DNA of 32,000 nucleotides, taken from Nitrosomonas europaea. GTDB taxonomy: Bacteria > Pseudomonadota > Gammaproteobacteria > Burkholderiales > Nitrosomonadaceae. The stretch's first letter is position 1; the number at the start of each line of letters is the position of its first letter. The notes under the pieces are model-generated. The model was not told the DNA's origin, did no database searches, and saw only the letters and a list, made by a program, of their open reading frames with translations. Position numbers and translations under genes: made by a program. The DNA lies in the NCBI RefSeq assembly GCF_900167395.1, contig NZ_FUWK01000027.1, positions 8,492-40,491 on the forward strand, given 5' to 3'. Below, in pieces: positions 1 through 10,009 of this stretch.

Positions 1-249
1 GCTCAGGCAGCTGGTAATATTCTTAATTTAAATTTAGGTTTCTCTCATCCGGTTGCTTATACGGTTCCAGAAGGTATTAAGGTTGAAACACCGAGCACGA
101 CCGAAATTTTGATTAAGGGAATAGATAAACAGAAGGTAGGACAGGTTGCGGCAGAGGTGAGATCGTATCGACGTCCTGAACCTTATAAAGGTAAGGGGAT
201 ACGTTATTTCGATGAGAAAGTTACGATTAAAGAGACTAAGAAAAAATAA
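1..249 (+). CDS. rplF: 50S ribosomal protein L6, C-terminal fragment (5' end lies upstream of the window)
   Basis: Frame 1 is open from base 1 to TAA 247-249. Hand translation ends ...[28 protein letters not shown], the conserved L6 C-terminus. It lies directly upstream of rplR, as in spc operons. Confidence 0.85.
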   Translation, partial: AQAAGNILNLNLGFSHPVAYTVPEGIKVETPSTTEILIKGIDKQKVGQVAAEVRSYRRPEPYKGKGIRYFDEKVTIKETKKK

Positions 250-263
250 AGTAGGGGCTTGTA

Positions 264-623
264 ATGTTGTTAAATACTAAGCAGATGCGTTTAAGGCGAG
301 CCAAAGCGACTAGAATTAAAATAGGAAACTCAAGGCAGTTTAGATTATCTGTTCATAAGAGCAATAATCATATTTATGCTCAGATTTTAGACCCTTCTTC
401 AAATCGTGTGATTGTTAGTGCTTCTACGGTTGAAGCTGAAGTGAAGAAGCAGTATCCAAGCGGCGGAACAATTGAGGCAGCTAAGTATGTAGGACACTTA
501 GTAGCAAAAAAATCTATTGAATCTCAAATTTATGAAGTAGCATTTGATAGATCAGGTTTTAAGTATCATGGTCGAATAAAAGCTCTTGCTGATGCAGCCA
601 GATCAGCCGGTATGAAGTTTTAA
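264..623 (+). CDS. rplR: 50S ribosomal protein L18
   Basis: 119 aa with HIYAQILD and [21 protein letters not shown] motifs typical of L18. The order L6-L18-S5-L30-L15-SecY matches the spc operon. Confidence 0.95.
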   Translation: MLLNTKQMRLRRAKATRIKIGNSRQFRLSVHKSNNHIYAQILDPSSNRVIVSASTVEAEVKKQYPSGGTIEAAKYVGHLVAKKSIESQIYEVAFDRSGFKYHGRIKALADAARSAGMKF

Positions 624-639
624 ACTAGAGGTAATCAAG

Positions 640-1173
640 GTGACGAAAACAACTAAATCTGCTAATACTAAAACCCCAGATGAGGTAAAAACAGATGGAT
701 TGAAAGAAAAAATGGTTTCTGTCAATCGTGTCACCAAAGTGGTAAAAGGTGGAAGGATTCTTGGTTTTGCAGCGTTGACAGTAGTTGGTGATGGAAAAGG
801 TAGTGTTGGTATGGGCAAAGGAAAATCGCGAGAGGTGCCTCTTGCTGTTCAAAAAGCAATGGATGAAGCTCGACAGCGCATGGTTAGAGTTAACCTGATA
901 AATGGGACGCTTCACCACTCTGTAATTGGGCGACATGGTGCAGCTAGAGTATATATGCAACCAGCTTCAGAAGGTACAGGTATTATCGCCGGAGGGCCAA
1001 TGAGAGCGATTTTTGAAGTGATGGGAGTTCATAATATTTTAGCTAAGTGCTTGGGCTCCACAAATCCTTATAATATTGTACGTGCTACCTTGGATGGATT
1101 AAGCAAAGTTCAAACGCCTGCAATGATTGCTGCTAAAAGAGGAAAAAGCATTGACGAGATTACTGGGGCTTGA
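640..1173 (+). CDS. rpsE: 30S ribosomal protein S5
   Basis: 177 aa with a GTG start. [46 protein letters not shown] is the S5 dsRBD/S5 C-domain signature. Confidence 0.95.
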   Translation: MTKTTKSANTKTPDEVKTDGLKEKMVSVNRVTKVVKGGRILGFAALTVVGDGKGSVGMGKGKSREVPLAVQKAMDEARQRMVRVNLINGTLHHSVIGRHGAARVYMQPASEGTGIIAGGPMRAIFEVMGVHNILAKCLGSTNPYNIVRATLDGLSKVQTPAMIAAKRGKSIDEITGA

Positions 1174-1178
1174 AGTAA

Positions 1179-1364
1179 ATGGAAAAGCGAAAAACTATAA
1201 AGGTAACCTTGGTAAAAAGTTTGATTGGTACAAGGCATAGTCATAGATTGGTCATCAAAGGTATGGGGTTAAGAAGGTTGAACCATACAGTTTCTCTGTG
1301 TGATCATCCATCAATAAGAGGAATGATCAACAAAACGGCCTATCTACTAAAAGTAGAGGAATAA
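1179..1364 (+). CDS. rpmD: 50S ribosomal protein L30
   Basis: 61 aa. The [10 protein letters not shown]...[11 protein letters not shown]...RGMINK pattern fits L30, and the operon position agrees. Confidence 0.9.
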   Translation: MEKRKTIKVTLVKSLIGTRHSHRLVIKGMGLRRLNHTVSLCDHPSIRGMINKTAYLLKVEE

Positions 1365-1365
1365 C

Positions 1366-1827
1366 GTGAAGCTTAATACAATAAAACCTGGTATTGGATC
1401 TGCTAAGCCTAAAAGGCGTGTGGGTCGGGGAATAGGCTCTGGGCTTGGTAAAACATGTGGAAGAGGGCACAAAGGACAGAAATCTCGTGCTGGCGGCTTT
1501 CATAAAGTTGGTTTCGAGGGCGGGCAAATGCCATTGCAACGTCGATTGCCAAAGAGAGGCTTTACTGTTTATGGTAAAAAACAGGTGAGGGAGATTAAGC
1601 TCTCTACCTTGCAGCTAATTGATTTAAGTGAGTTTAATCCGAGTGTTTTATATGATCATGGCTTGATAAAAAATATAAATGATCCAGTTAAGATTATTCT
1701 TGGTAATCAATTAATTAAACGTGCGATTAAGATAAAAGACTTGATAATTTCGCGTGGAGCAAAAGAAGCGGTAGAGCAAATGGGTGGTTTGGTTGAACTA
1801 ACTGTAAAAGATGTAAATGGTGTCTAA
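1366..1827 (+). CDS. rplO: 50S ribosomal protein L15
   Basis: 153 aa with a GTG start. Contains the glycine-rich L15 motif [25 protein letters not shown]. Confidence 0.95.
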   Translation: MKLNTIKPGIGSAKPKRRVGRGIGSGLGKTCGRGHKGQKSRAGGFHKVGFEGGQMPLQRRLPKRGFTVYGKKQVREIKLSTLQLIDLSEFNPSVLYDHGLIKNINDPVKIILGNQLIKRAIKIKDLIISRGAKEAVEQMGGLVELTVKDVNGV

Positions 1828-3142
1828 ATCTAAAGCTGCTTTGACTGATAGATTCTACGATCTAAAGAAACGGTTCTGGTTCTTAGTATTAGCTCTGATA
1901 GTATACCGTATTGGTGCTCATGCCCCTGTTCCGGGGATTGATCCCGTTGTTTTGAAAGATCTGTTTGACTCCCAGGAAGGCGGGATTCTTGGTATGTTTA
2001 ACATGTTCTCTGGGGGTGCACTGTCGAGGTTCTCTATATTTGCTCTTGGCATCATGCCGTATATATCTGCATCGATCATTATGCAGTTGGGTACTGTAGC
2101 AGTGCCTTATTTGGAGTCTTTGAAAAAAGAAGGTGAATCTGGAAGGAAAAAGATTACACAATATACTCGTTACGGTACGTTATTCCTTTCTACATTGCAA
2201 AGTTACGGAATCTCTATTGCGCTGCAATCACAACCTGGCTTAGTGATTCAGCCTGGTTTTTATTTTGTTGTTACAACGGTTATTACTCTTGTAACTGGAA
2301 CCATGTTTCTTATGTGGCTAGGAGAACAGATTACTGAACGTGGCATCGGAAATGGCATTTCACTGATAATTTTTGCAGGAATCGCAGCAGGGCTTCCAAG
2401 TGCTATTGGTGGTACTTTAGAATTAGTGAATACTGGTGCAATGCATTTTCTTACAGCATTGTTCATTTTTGTTGCTGCAATAGCAATAACGTATTTTGTT
2501 GTATTCATTGAGCGTGGCCAGCGTAAAATTTTGGTTAATTACGCGAAAAGGCAGGTTGGTAAGCAAGTTATGGGTGGTCAATCCTCGCATTTACCATTAA
2601 AGCTGAATATGTCTGGAGTCATACCACCGATATTTGCTTCAAGTATCATTCTATTCCCTGCTACGTTGGCTGGTTGGTTCTCGGATAGTCTATCATTGGA
2701 CTGGTTGAAAGATTTTAGCAGCGCGTTGACACCGGGGCAGCCTATCTATGTTGCGCTATACGCTGCTTTAATTATTTTCTTTTGTTTTTTTTATACTGCA
2801 CTTGTTTTTAATCCAAAAGAAACGGCTGATAACCTGAAAAAGAGCGGTGCCTTTATACCTGGAATAAGGCCTGGAGATCAAACCACAAGGTATATAGAAC
2901 GTATTATGTTGAGACTTACATTGATTGGCTCAATATATGTCACATTGGTTTGTCTGCTACCAGAGTTTATGATTCTGAAGTGGAATGTTCCATTTTATTT
3001 TGGTGGAACATCGCTATTAATCATAGTAGTAGTTACGATGGATTTCATGGCTCAAGTTCAGTCTCATGTGATGTCTGGCCAATATGAAAGTTTATTAAAG
3101 AAAGCCAATTTTAAGGCTGGTGGCAGTAGTTTCTCGCGATAG
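1817..3142 (+). CDS. secY: Preprotein translocase subunit SecY
   Basis: 441 aa polytopic membrane protein with [14 protein letters not shown] and [18 protein letters not shown] SecY signatures. The ATG overlaps the rplO end by 11 nt. Confidence 0.97.
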   Translation: MVSKSKAALTDRFYDLKKRFWFLVLALIVYRIGAHAPVPGIDPVVLKDLFDSQEGGILGMFNMFSGGALSRFSIFALGIMPYISASIIMQLGTVAVPYLESLKKEGESGRKKITQYTRYGTLFLSTLQSYGISIALQSQPGLVIQPGFYFVVTTVITLVTGTMFLMWLGEQITERGIGNGISLIIFAGIAAGLPSAIGGTLELVNTGAMHFLTALFIFVAAIAITYFVVFIERGQRKILVNYAKRQVGKQVMGGQSSHLPLKLNMSGVIPPIFASSIILFPATLAGWFSDSLSLDWLKDFSSALTPGQPIYVALYAALIIFFCFFYTALVFNPKETADNLKKSGAFIPGIRPGDQTTRYIERIMLRLTLIGSIYVTLVCLLPEFMILKWNVPFYFGGTSLLIIVVVTMDFMAQVQSHVMSGQYESLLKKANFKAGGSSFSR

Positions 3143-3149
3143 GTTTTTA

Positions 3150-3368
3150 ATGGCTAAAGAAGAAACTATACAAATGCAGGGTGAGGTTATAGAAACACTC
3201 CCGAATGCTACTTTCAGGATAAAGTTAGAAAATGGTCATATTGTGTTAGGTCATATCTCGGGTAAGATGAGGATGAATTATATCCGGATACTACCAGGAG
3301 ATAAGGTAACGGTTGATTTGACACCTTATGATTTAACGAGAGCTCGGATAACCTTTCGGACTAAATAA
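3150..3368 (+). CDS. infA: Translation initiation factor IF-1
   Basis: ATG at 3150, in frame with the track ORF 3120..3368 whose upstream start lies inside sec[31 protein letters not shown]...ITFR is the S1-fold IF-1. The secY-infA-rpmJ order is typical of betaproteobacteria. Confidence 0.93.
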   Translation: MAKEETIQMQGEVIETLPNATFRIKLENGHIVLGHISGKMRMNYIRILPGDKVTVDLTPYDLTRARITFRTK

Positions 3369-3413
3369 AACTTAATCCAACTTTTGATAGTATAAATATA
3401 TAGTGAGTATTTT

Positions 3414-3527
3414 ATGAAAGTTCGTGCATCAATCAAAAAAATATGTAGGAATTGCAAAATAATAAGGCGGTATGGTGTTGTGCGTGTTATTTGTGTTGAT
3501 GCTAGGCATAAACAACGTCAAGGCTGA
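3414..3527 (+). CDS. rpmJ: 50S ribosomal protein L36
   Basis: Too short for the ORF track. Hand translation from ATG 3414 to TGA 3525-3527 gives [37 protein letters not shown] (37 aa), with the L36 CxxC...C...H zinc-ribbon pattern. Confidence 0.9.
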   Translation: MKVRASIKKICRNCKIIRRYGVVRVICVDARHKQRQG

Positions 3528-3556
3528 ATTTAGTATTTTATGTTAGGGTAGGAAAA

Positions 3557-3916
3557 ATGGCTCGTATAGCAGGTGTTAATTTACCTAGTAACAAGCATGT
3601 CAATATAGCATTGACAGCAATTTATGGAATAGGGAACACGACAGCTCGTAAAATTTGTTCTGATTTGCAGATTCCACCTTTTATTAAGCTTAAAGATTTG
3701 GAAGATATTAAGCTAGATGAATTAAGAGAATCGGTTTCAAAATTGATTGTTGAGGGGGATCTACGTAGAGAGATCTCGATGAATATCAAAAGATTGATAG
3801 ACCTTGGCAGTTATCGGGGATTGAGACATCGTCGTGGTTTGCCGGTACGAGGTCAGAGAACTAAAACCAATGCTCGAACCAGAAAAGGGCCACGTAAAGC
3901 GATAGGTGCAAAGTAA
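3557..3916 (+). CDS. rpsM: 30S ribosomal protein S13
   Basis: 119 aa. [10 protein letters not shown]...ALTAIYGIG and the basic C-terminal tail are typical of S13. Confidence 0.95.
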   Translation: MARIAGVNLPSNKHVNIALTAIYGIGNTTARKICSDLQIPPFIKLKDLEDIKLDELRESVSKLIVEGDLRREISMNIKRLIDLGSYRGLRHRRGLPVRGQRTKTNARTRKGPRKAIGAK

Positions 3917-3956
3917 TAAAAATTGTTTCTAATATACTTCTTAAACAAAGAAATTA

Positions 3957-4346
3957 ATGGTAAAGCCTTCATTAAAAATTCGTAAAAAAGTTAAAAAAAA
4001 TGTTGTTGAGGGGGTGGCGCATATTCACGCCTCCTTCAATAACACAATCGTGACTATTTCTGATCGTCAAGGGAATGCTCTTTCTTGGGCAACATCGGGC
4101 GGGGTGGGATTTAAGGGTTCGCGTAAAAGCACCCCATTTGCAGCACAAGTTGCTGCAGAACATGCAGGCAGGGCAGCGCTGGAATACGGCGTTAAAAATT
4201 TGGAGGTAAGAGTAAAAGGGCCCGGGCCGGGTCGTGACTCTGCTGTACGAGCTCTCAACGCTACAGGTTTTAAAATTACCAGCATAACCGATGTGACACC
4301 CATACCTCACAATGGATGTAGGCCGCCTAAGAAACGTCGTATCTAA
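3957..4346 (+). CDS. rpsK: 30S ribosomal protein S11
   Basis: 129 aa with [27 protein letters not shown], a conserved S11 core. Confidence 0.95.
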   Translation: MVKPSLKIRKKVKKNVVEGVAHIHASFNNTIVTISDRQGNALSWATSGGVGFKGSRKSTPFAAQVAAEHAGRAALEYGVKNLEVRVKGPGPGRDSAVRALNATGFKITSITDVTPIPHNGCRPPKKRRI

Positions 4347-4360
4347 GAAGGAGAAAATTT

Positions 4361-4987
4361 GTGGCCAGAAATATAAATCCAAAGTGTCGTCAGTGTCGTC
4401 GTGAAGGTGAAAAGCTGTTTCTCAAGGGGGATAAGTGTTTTAGTGATAAGTGCCCCATAGAACGAAGGAATTATCCACCTGGGCAACATGGACAAAAGAA
4501 GGTAAGGTTGTCTGATTACGCAGTGCAGCTCAGGGAAAAGCAGAAAATAAGAAGAATTTATGGACTGCTTGAGAACCAGTTCCGTAATGTTTATAAGCGA
4601 GCTGATAAACAAAAAGGTGTTACAGGTGACAATTTATTACAGCTTCTGGAAAGCCGTCTTGATAATGTCGCCTATAATATGGGATTTGGATCTTCCAGAT
4701 CAGAAGCAAGGCAGATAGTAAGGCATAACTGCGTTCTATTGAACGGAAAAAGAGCAAATATCCCATCTCATTTAGTTGAGCCTGGTGATCTTATTGAAAT
4801 TGCTGAACATGCAAAGAGCTATTTGAGAATCAAAGCTTCTATCGAAGCAGCCAAACGTCGTAGCATTCCATCTTGGCTGGAGGTGGATTTTGATAACCTC
4901 AAGGGCCTTTATAAGAGTAAGCCTGAGCGTAGTGATTTATCTTCGACAATTAACGAATCTTTAGTTGTGGAACTTTATTCCAAGTAG
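4361..4987 (+). CDS. rpsD: 30S ribosomal protein S4
   Basis: 208 aa with a GTG start. The N-terminal [18 protein letters not shown] region and the S4 RNA-binding domain ([14 protein letters not shown]) are present. Confidence 0.95.
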   Translation: MARNINPKCRQCRREGEKLFLKGDKCFSDKCPIERRNYPPGQHGQKKVRLSDYAVQLREKQKIRRIYGLLENQFRNVYKRADKQKGVTGDNLLQLLESRLDNVAYNMGFGSSRSEARQIVRHNCVLLNGKRANIPSHLVEPGDLIEIAEHAKSYLRIKASIEAAKRRSIPSWLEVDFDNLKGLYKSKPERSDLSSTINESLVVELYSK

Positions 4988-5016
4988 TTGGCACTTTTTT
5001 ATATATTGGCGTATTT

Positions 5017-6027
5017 ATGTCATCGAATAGTTTTCTGACACCTAGGATTGTAGAGGTACATAATATTTCACCTTTGCATGCGAAGGTCGTAATGGAGCCT
5101 TTTGAGCATGGTTTTGGCTATACTTTGGGTAATGCGTTGCGAAGAGTATTGCTATCTTCCATTCCTGGTTGTGCACCAACCAAAGTCAGCATTAGCGGAG
5201 TAGTTCATGAATATTCAACAATAGATGGTTTACAAGAGGATGTTGTTGATCTGATACTGAACTTGAAAGGGGTGGTTCTTAAACTTCACAATAATAAGAC
5301 TCAGTCAGTTCTTACCCTGAAGAAAAGTTCGGAAGGTATTGTCACAGCGGGTGATATTGAAGCTACTCATGATGTAGAAATAGTAAACCCTGATCATGTG
5401 ATTGCTCATATTACCAGTGGCGGTAAAATTGAGGCTCAAATTACTGTTGAAAAGGGGAGGGGTTATTGGCCTTCTGCTAATCGCAGTAAAGAGGATAAAA
5501 GTTCTTCTTCGATTGGGGATATTCTGTTAGATGCTTCTTTCAGTCCGATCAGACGTGTAAGTTACGCTGTGGAAAGTGCTCGTGTTGAACAAAGAACTGA
5601 TCTAGATAAGCTGATTATCGACATAGAGACAAATGGTTCGGTAGATCCTGAAGAAGCGATACGGTATGCGGCCAAGGTCTTGGTTGAGCAGTTTTCTTTC
5701 TTCGCAGACCTTGAAAGTACACCGCTGCCGACAGAACAGCCAAAAGCACCTGTCATCGACCCTATACTATTACGTCCAGTTGATGATTTGGAACTTACAG
5801 TACGTTCTGCAAACTGTTTGAAAGTCGAGAATATTTTTTATATTGGTGATTTGATTCAACGAACTGAGGCAGAGCTACTTCGTACTCCTAATTTGGGAAG
5901 GAAGTCACTTAATGAAATTAAAGAAGTTCTTGCTTCTCGTGATTTATCCTTGGGTATGAAATTAGAAAATTGGCCACCAGCTAATTTGGAAAACTATATA
6001 AAGGAACCCGGTCATGCGTCATCGTAA
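5017..6027 (+). CDS. rpoA: DNA-directed RNA polymerase alpha subunit
   Basis: 336 aa. The N-terminal domain has [22 protein letters not shown]. The C-terminal domain has [12 protein letters not shown]...[29 protein letters not shown]. Confidence 0.97.
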   Translation: MSSNSFLTPRIVEVHNISPLHAKVVMEPFEHGFGYTLGNALRRVLLSSIPGCAPTKVSISGVVHEYSTIDGLQEDVVDLILNLKGVVLKLHNNKTQSVLTLKKSSEGIVTAGDIEATHDVEIVNPDHVIAHITSGGKIEAQITVEKGRGYWPSANRSKEDKSSSSIGDILLDASFSPIRRVSYAVESARVEQRTDLDKLIIDIETNGSVDPEEAIRYAAKVLVEQFSFFADLESTPLPTEQPKAPVIDPILLRPVDDLELTVRSANCLKVENIFYIGDLIQRTEAELLRTPNLGRKSLNEIKEVLASRDLSLGMKLENWPPANLENYIKEPGHASS

Positions 6028-6406
6028 TGGTTTACGGAAGTTAAACCGTACTTCAAGCCATCGGTTGGCTATGTTCAGGAATCTTACAAATTCATTACTT
6101 GAACATGAAATTATTAAAACTACGCTTCCAAAAGCTAAAGAACTTCGACGTGTCGTTGAACCGGTGATTACTTTGGGTAAGAATCCCTCGCTTGCAGGCA
6201 AGCGCTTGGCGTTTGACAGACTGAGAAATAGAGATAATGTAATTAAGATATTCTCTGAGTTGGGGCCTCGCTACCAAAACCGGAATGGAGGCTATATAAG
6301 GATCCTAAAGTGTGGTTTCAGGAGAGGTGATAATGCCCCAATGGCTATCGTAGAATTGTTGGATAGACCTGAAGCTGGCATCATTTCTAATGATTCAGCA
6401 GATTAA
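6014..6406 (+). CDS. rplQ: 50S ribosomal protein L17
   Basis: 130 aa, [24 protein letters not shown]. An AAGGAA Shine-Dalgarno at 6001-6006 precedes the ATG, which lies inside the last codons of rpoA. Confidence 0.95.
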   Translation: MRHRNGLRKLNRTSSHRLAMFRNLTNSLLEHEIIKTTLPKAKELRRVVEPVITLGKNPSLAGKRLAFDRLRNRDNVIKIFSELGPRYQNRNGGYIRILKCGFRRGDNAPMAIVELLDRPEAGIISNDSAD

Positions 6407-6481
6407 GTAATTATCTTCTCATTTAGAATCTGTTTGGACCTGCTTCTTTATACGTAGTTAACCAAGTTGCCGGATAAATCG

Positions 6482-6526
6482 CCCCAGTTCAGAATTTTTG
6501 ATAAATGATGAGTTGGGGTGTTTTTA
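6482..6526 (+). terminator. Candidate intrinsic terminator of the alpha operon
   Basis: CCCCAGTTCA (6482-6491) pairs imperfectly with TGAGTTGGGG (6509-6518), 5+3 bp with a 2-nt internal mismatch and a 17-nt loop. It is followed by TGTTTTT. Confidence 0.45.
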
Positions 6527-6599
6527 ATTTCTACAATTGAAATTCAGTAATAAAATATTTTTGCTAGAAGTCAGCAATTAATATAAATATTTCCCGCGA

Positions 6600-6675
6600 G
6601 CCGCAGTAACTCAGTTGGTAGAGTAGCTGATTCGTAATCAGCAAGTCGGAGGTTCGACTCCTCTCTGCGGCACCA
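6600..6675 (+). tRNA. tRNA-Thr (anticodon CGU), CCA encoded
   Basis: Hand-folded cloverleaf of 76 nt. Acceptor GCCGCAG/CTGCGGC, D-arm ACTC..GAGT, anticodon stem GCTGA/TCAGC with loop TTCGTAA, T-arm GGAGG-TTCGACT-CCTCT, discriminator A, then CCA. Confidence 0.9.
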
Positions 6676-6740
6676 AAATACCGCATCGATATTGCTACAA
6701 TACTTTTAACCAGGGCTACAGTAACTCTCTCTGGTAACCT

Positions 6741-7052
6741 CTATTTTTGCCCCTTTGTAAGACGATCTGATTTCAGTCTGCGCTTTTCTTTTGGATCGAT
6801 AACGAGAGGCCTGTATATTTCGATACGGTCATTCTGATGGAGGATTGTTTCCGGGTCGGTGATTTTCCCATGGATCCCTGTTTTGAGTGCGGTACTATCA
6901 CTTCCAGGATAGAAATTCTCTACGCCGGAAAGTTTGATTGCCTGGTACATTGAAGTACCCATTGGAACTTGAAGTCGCCTGAGGAATTGTCGTTGAGGAA
7001 GTGCAAAGGCGACTTCTATGGTGATTGATTCCTTCCTAGATGCTGGGACCAT
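6741..7052 (-). CDS. rnfH: RnfH family ubiquitin-like protein (UPF0125)
   Basis: 103 aa resembling E. coli YfjF/RnfH (I.VEVA.ALP..Q....L.V..G.T...A...SG...; IYRPL..DPKE.RR). It overlaps ratA by 17 nt, the conserved ratA-rnfH pairing. The exact start is uncertain. Confidence 0.75.
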   Translation of the reverse strand: MVPASRKESITIEVAFALPQRQFLRRLQVPMGTSMYQAIKLSGVENFYPGSDSTALKTGIHGKITDPETILHQNDRIEIYRPLVIDPKEKRRLKSDRLTKGQK

Positions 7053-7479
7053 AAATTTTTTCTGCTTGTTCTACAAAGGCTTCTACAAAATTATTAGCAA
7101 TGACATAAAATACCGGGCCAACCAGTTTCTCAAGCAATTTATGTGAGAATGTGTAATGTAATTGGAACTCGATCTTACAGGCATTCTCCGACAAAGGGAT
7201 AAATCGCCAATAGCCGTTCAGTTTTTCGAAGGGTCCTTCCACGAGTTCCATTTTGATCAGTTCGGGCGGATGGCGTGTGTTCTTTGTGGTAAAGCTATGC
7301 TTGATGTGATGATAATCAATATGAACGGTTGCCTGTGCCGTTTCATTATCTTCCATAAGCTTCATTGAAGCACCTGAACACCACGGTAGAAAATCCGGAT
7401 AGTTTTCTACCGTATCCACCAGACGAAACATCTGACTCGCTGAATAACCTACCAGTACTGTTTTTTCTATTTCAGCCAT
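7036..7479 (-). CDS. ratA: SRPBCC/START-fold protein, RatA (YfjG)/COQ10-like
   Basis: 147 aa with VENYPDFLPWC and a polyketide-cyclase/START-like layout. It is divergent from smpB, as in many proteobacteria. Confidence 0.8.
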   Translation of the reverse strand: MAEIEKTVLVGYSASQMFRLVDTVENYPDFLPWCSGASMKLMEDNETAQATVHIDYHHIKHSFTTKNTRHPPELIKMELVEGPFEKLNGYWRFIPLSENACKIEFQLHYTFSHKLLEKLVGPVFYVIANNFVEAFVEQAEKIYGPSI

Positions 7480-7574
7480 AACGCCATATTCCCTTATTCA
7501 GGGCGTAAGGATACTAAAAACTGATACACTAAACGAAAATTTTTCATAAGCAAATTTTCTTTCCGTTGTACTCG

Positions 7575-8030
7575 ATGAGCATTGTGCAAAATAAAAAAGC
7601 TTTTCACGATTATTTTATCGAGGAAAAGTATGAGGCCGGCATTGTGCTTGAAGGATGGGAGGTTAAAGCAATCCGCGCTGGACGAGCTCAGTTGAAAGAA
7701 GCCTATATACTGATCCGCAAAGGTGAGTTGTTTCTTATCGGGAGCCATATAAGTCCATTAGCAACGGCGTCAACTCATGTAAATCCTGATCCGGTTAAAA
7801 CGCGCAAACTGTTGTTGCATGCATCACAAATAAGAGAGCTCATCGGTAAGGTGGAACGTGCCGGATATACCCTGATTCCGCTAGATATGCATTATAAATC
7901 AGGTAGAATCAAGCTGGAAATTGGCCTCGCGCGAGGCAAAAAACAATACGACAAACGCGAAACTGAAAAACGTAAGGAATGGGAGCGTGACAAGCAGCGT
8001 TTGTTGCGTATACGACGCTCCTCTGATTGA
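7575..8030 (+). CDS. smpB: SsrA-binding protein SmpB
   Basis: [36 protein letters not shown]... is the conserved SmpB N-terminus, and the basic C-terminal tail is present. The track ORF starts at TTG 7566; ATG 7575 is in frame and preferred. Confidence 0.93.
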
Positions 8031-9106
8031 TATTTATGCAAACAAGTTCATATCACTCCGTAACTTCTGTAATTTTCGATAAGAATACTCAAAACCATAC
8101 TTCCATTGCGATTTGGCTGCTGATTTGCTGTGCGCTGGTATTTGCCATGGTCGTTGTTGGGGGGGTAACACGTCTGACAGGTTCCGGGTTGTCTATCGTT
8201 GAGTGGAAACCCATAGTAGGAACTATCCCGCCCATCAGTCAGGGAGACTGGGAGATTCTGCTGGAAAAATATCGTCAGATTCCGCAGTATGAGCAGATTA
8301 ACAAAGGCATGACGCTGGATGAATTCAAGGGCATATTCTGGTGGGAGTATTTTCACCGTTTACTTGGTCGTCTGATCGGTTTGGTTTATTTCGTCCCGTT
8401 TGTCTATTTCATGGTGCGCAAGCGCGTTGATCGTGTGCTTGGTACCAAGCTGCTGGGTATATTTGTACTGGGTGGCCTGCAGGGTTTAATGGGCTGGTAC
8501 ATGGTCATGAGTGGATTAGCGGATAATGTCTATGTCAGTCAATACCGGTTGACCGCACACCTTGGTCTTGCCTTCATTATTTATGCAGCCATGTTCTGGG
8601 TGGCAACCGGCCTACTCTCTCCAGTGAATACGCATTCAGCAGATCCTGCATCTGTGCGCAAGCTCGGACGATTTGCCAGGATACTGACCGGACTGATATT
8701 TTTTATGGTGTTGTCCGGCGGACTGGTAGCAGGGATTCACGCCGGGAAAGCGTACAATACATTTCCCCTGATGGATGGTTTTTTTATTCCTCCTGCCTTA
8801 TTCGTACTGGAGCCCTGGTACCGGAACTTCTTCGATAATATTACTACGGTACAGTTTGATCATCGTATGATCGCCTGGCTGCTGATGTTTACTATTCCAT
8901 TATTCTGGTTCAAAGCAAGACAATTATCTTTATCGTGGTCTGGTCGGCTAGCCTGTCATCTGCTGCTGATTATGCTATGTACTCAAGTTGCACTGGGGAT
9001 CACCACACTGTTGCTGTCGGTTCCGCTGACATTTGCTGCAGCACATCAGGCAGGCGCCGTATTGCTGTTCACCGCTGCATTATGGGTCTGTCGCAAGCTG
9101 AGCTGA
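8027..9106 (+). CDS. ctaA: Heme A synthase (COX15/CtaA family)
   Basis: 359 aa polytopic protein. [24 protein letters not shown] and [17 protein letters not shown] are COX15 motifs. TTG 8027 overlaps the smpB stop; ATG 8036 is an alternative in-frame start. Confidence 0.85.
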
Positions 9107-9196
9107 CTCAGTCTGTTTTCTGGTCAGCCTGGTAGCGATACGCCTATTCCAATATATGAAATTTCAGAGTGAAACAAATAACCAGCATAAGGGGAT

Positions 9197-9616
9197 GTGC
9201 TGATGGAAGGATCAGTACCAGGTTTCTGGCGTCGTATGCTGGCATTGGCTTATGAGTCCTTACTGTTACTAGGAGTATGGTTCATCGCTGCCTTCCTGTT
9301 TCATCTCCTTTTTCGAGATCCCACAGCCGAATACTTCAGGCCGCTGTTCCAGTTTTACCTGTTAATTGTCGGTGGTATTTACTTTATCTGGTTCTGGACA
9401 CACAGTGGCCAGACTCTGGCCATGCAGACCTGGAAATTACGCCTTGTTTCTGCAAATAATGGAAAAGTCACTACACAGCAGGCCATGGTTCGTTACCTGA
9501 TGGCAGTAATAGGCATCAGTTTTCTGGGGTTTGGGCTATTATGGGCTTTGTTTGATCGTAATCGGCAATTCCTGCACGACAGGGTGGCTGGTACACGGAT
9601 CATAAGACTTGGATGA
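9197..9616 (+). CDS. RDD family membrane protein
   Basis: 139 aa. It has an N-terminal GFWRRMLALAYESLLL segment, three hydrophobic segments, and a C-terminal HDRVAGTRII motif typical of RDD domains. Confidence 0.7.
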   Translation: MLMEGSVPGFWRRMLALAYESLLLLGVWFIAAFLFHLLFRDPTAEYFRPLFQFYLLIVGGIYFIWFWTHSGQTLAMQTWKLRLVSANNGKVTTQQAMVRYLMAVIGISFLGFGLLWALFDRNRQFLHDRVAGTRIIRLG

Positions 9617-9724
9617 ATGTAGAAGTGATGGCTGCTTCCATTATTGTGGTGTCAAGGTATACCAATTCTCGCAGCTGTAAAACAAGCTGTATTCAAGCGG
9701 CCGCTTGAGGTAGAATGAGCGCTT

Positions 9725-9824
9725 GGCGGGCCTCCCCGCATTGTGAGGTAGTGAATCTGGTCAGATCCGGAAGGAAGCAGCCACAGCTATTTTTCGCAAG
9801 TGCCGGGGGTTCGGCTCGCCACCC
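9725..9824 (+). ncRNA. ffs: Signal recognition particle RNA (4.5S type)
   Basis: Contains the invariant SRP domain IV block GGTCAGATCCGGAAGGAAGCAGCCA, then GTGCCGGG. The terminal helix GGCGGGCC (9725-9732) pairs with GGCTCGCC (9813-9820), followed by ACCC. A TAGAAT -10-like hexamer is at 9711-9716. The ffs-dnaX-ybaB neighbourhood is conserved. Ends are +/-5 nt. Confidence 0.8.
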
Positions 9825-10009
9825 GTATTATTCCATTTCTAAATCAAAACTAACTTTGTCGGCTTCGCCTAGCCGTATTATTTATACTGTCTGCGGCTCG
9901 CCTTCGTGTCATTTTTGATTTGGGAATGGAATTAGTACAATTGCAGATTTGTTTCCCGGCAGTTTCGCCATCATCCTGATCGCAATAATCATCTTTTCGA
10001 TAGAAAACC

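Noticed and set aside
6741-7479. ratA-rnfH as an active toxin-antitoxin module or novel system
   Set aside because: This is the widely conserved housekeeping yfjG-yfjF pair next to smpB. Nothing in the sequence sets it apart from that arrangement.
9715-9918. 67-aa ORF in the track
   Set aside because: It lies over the SRP RNA gene, whose conserved domain IV sequence and terminal helix are present. It has no coding features.
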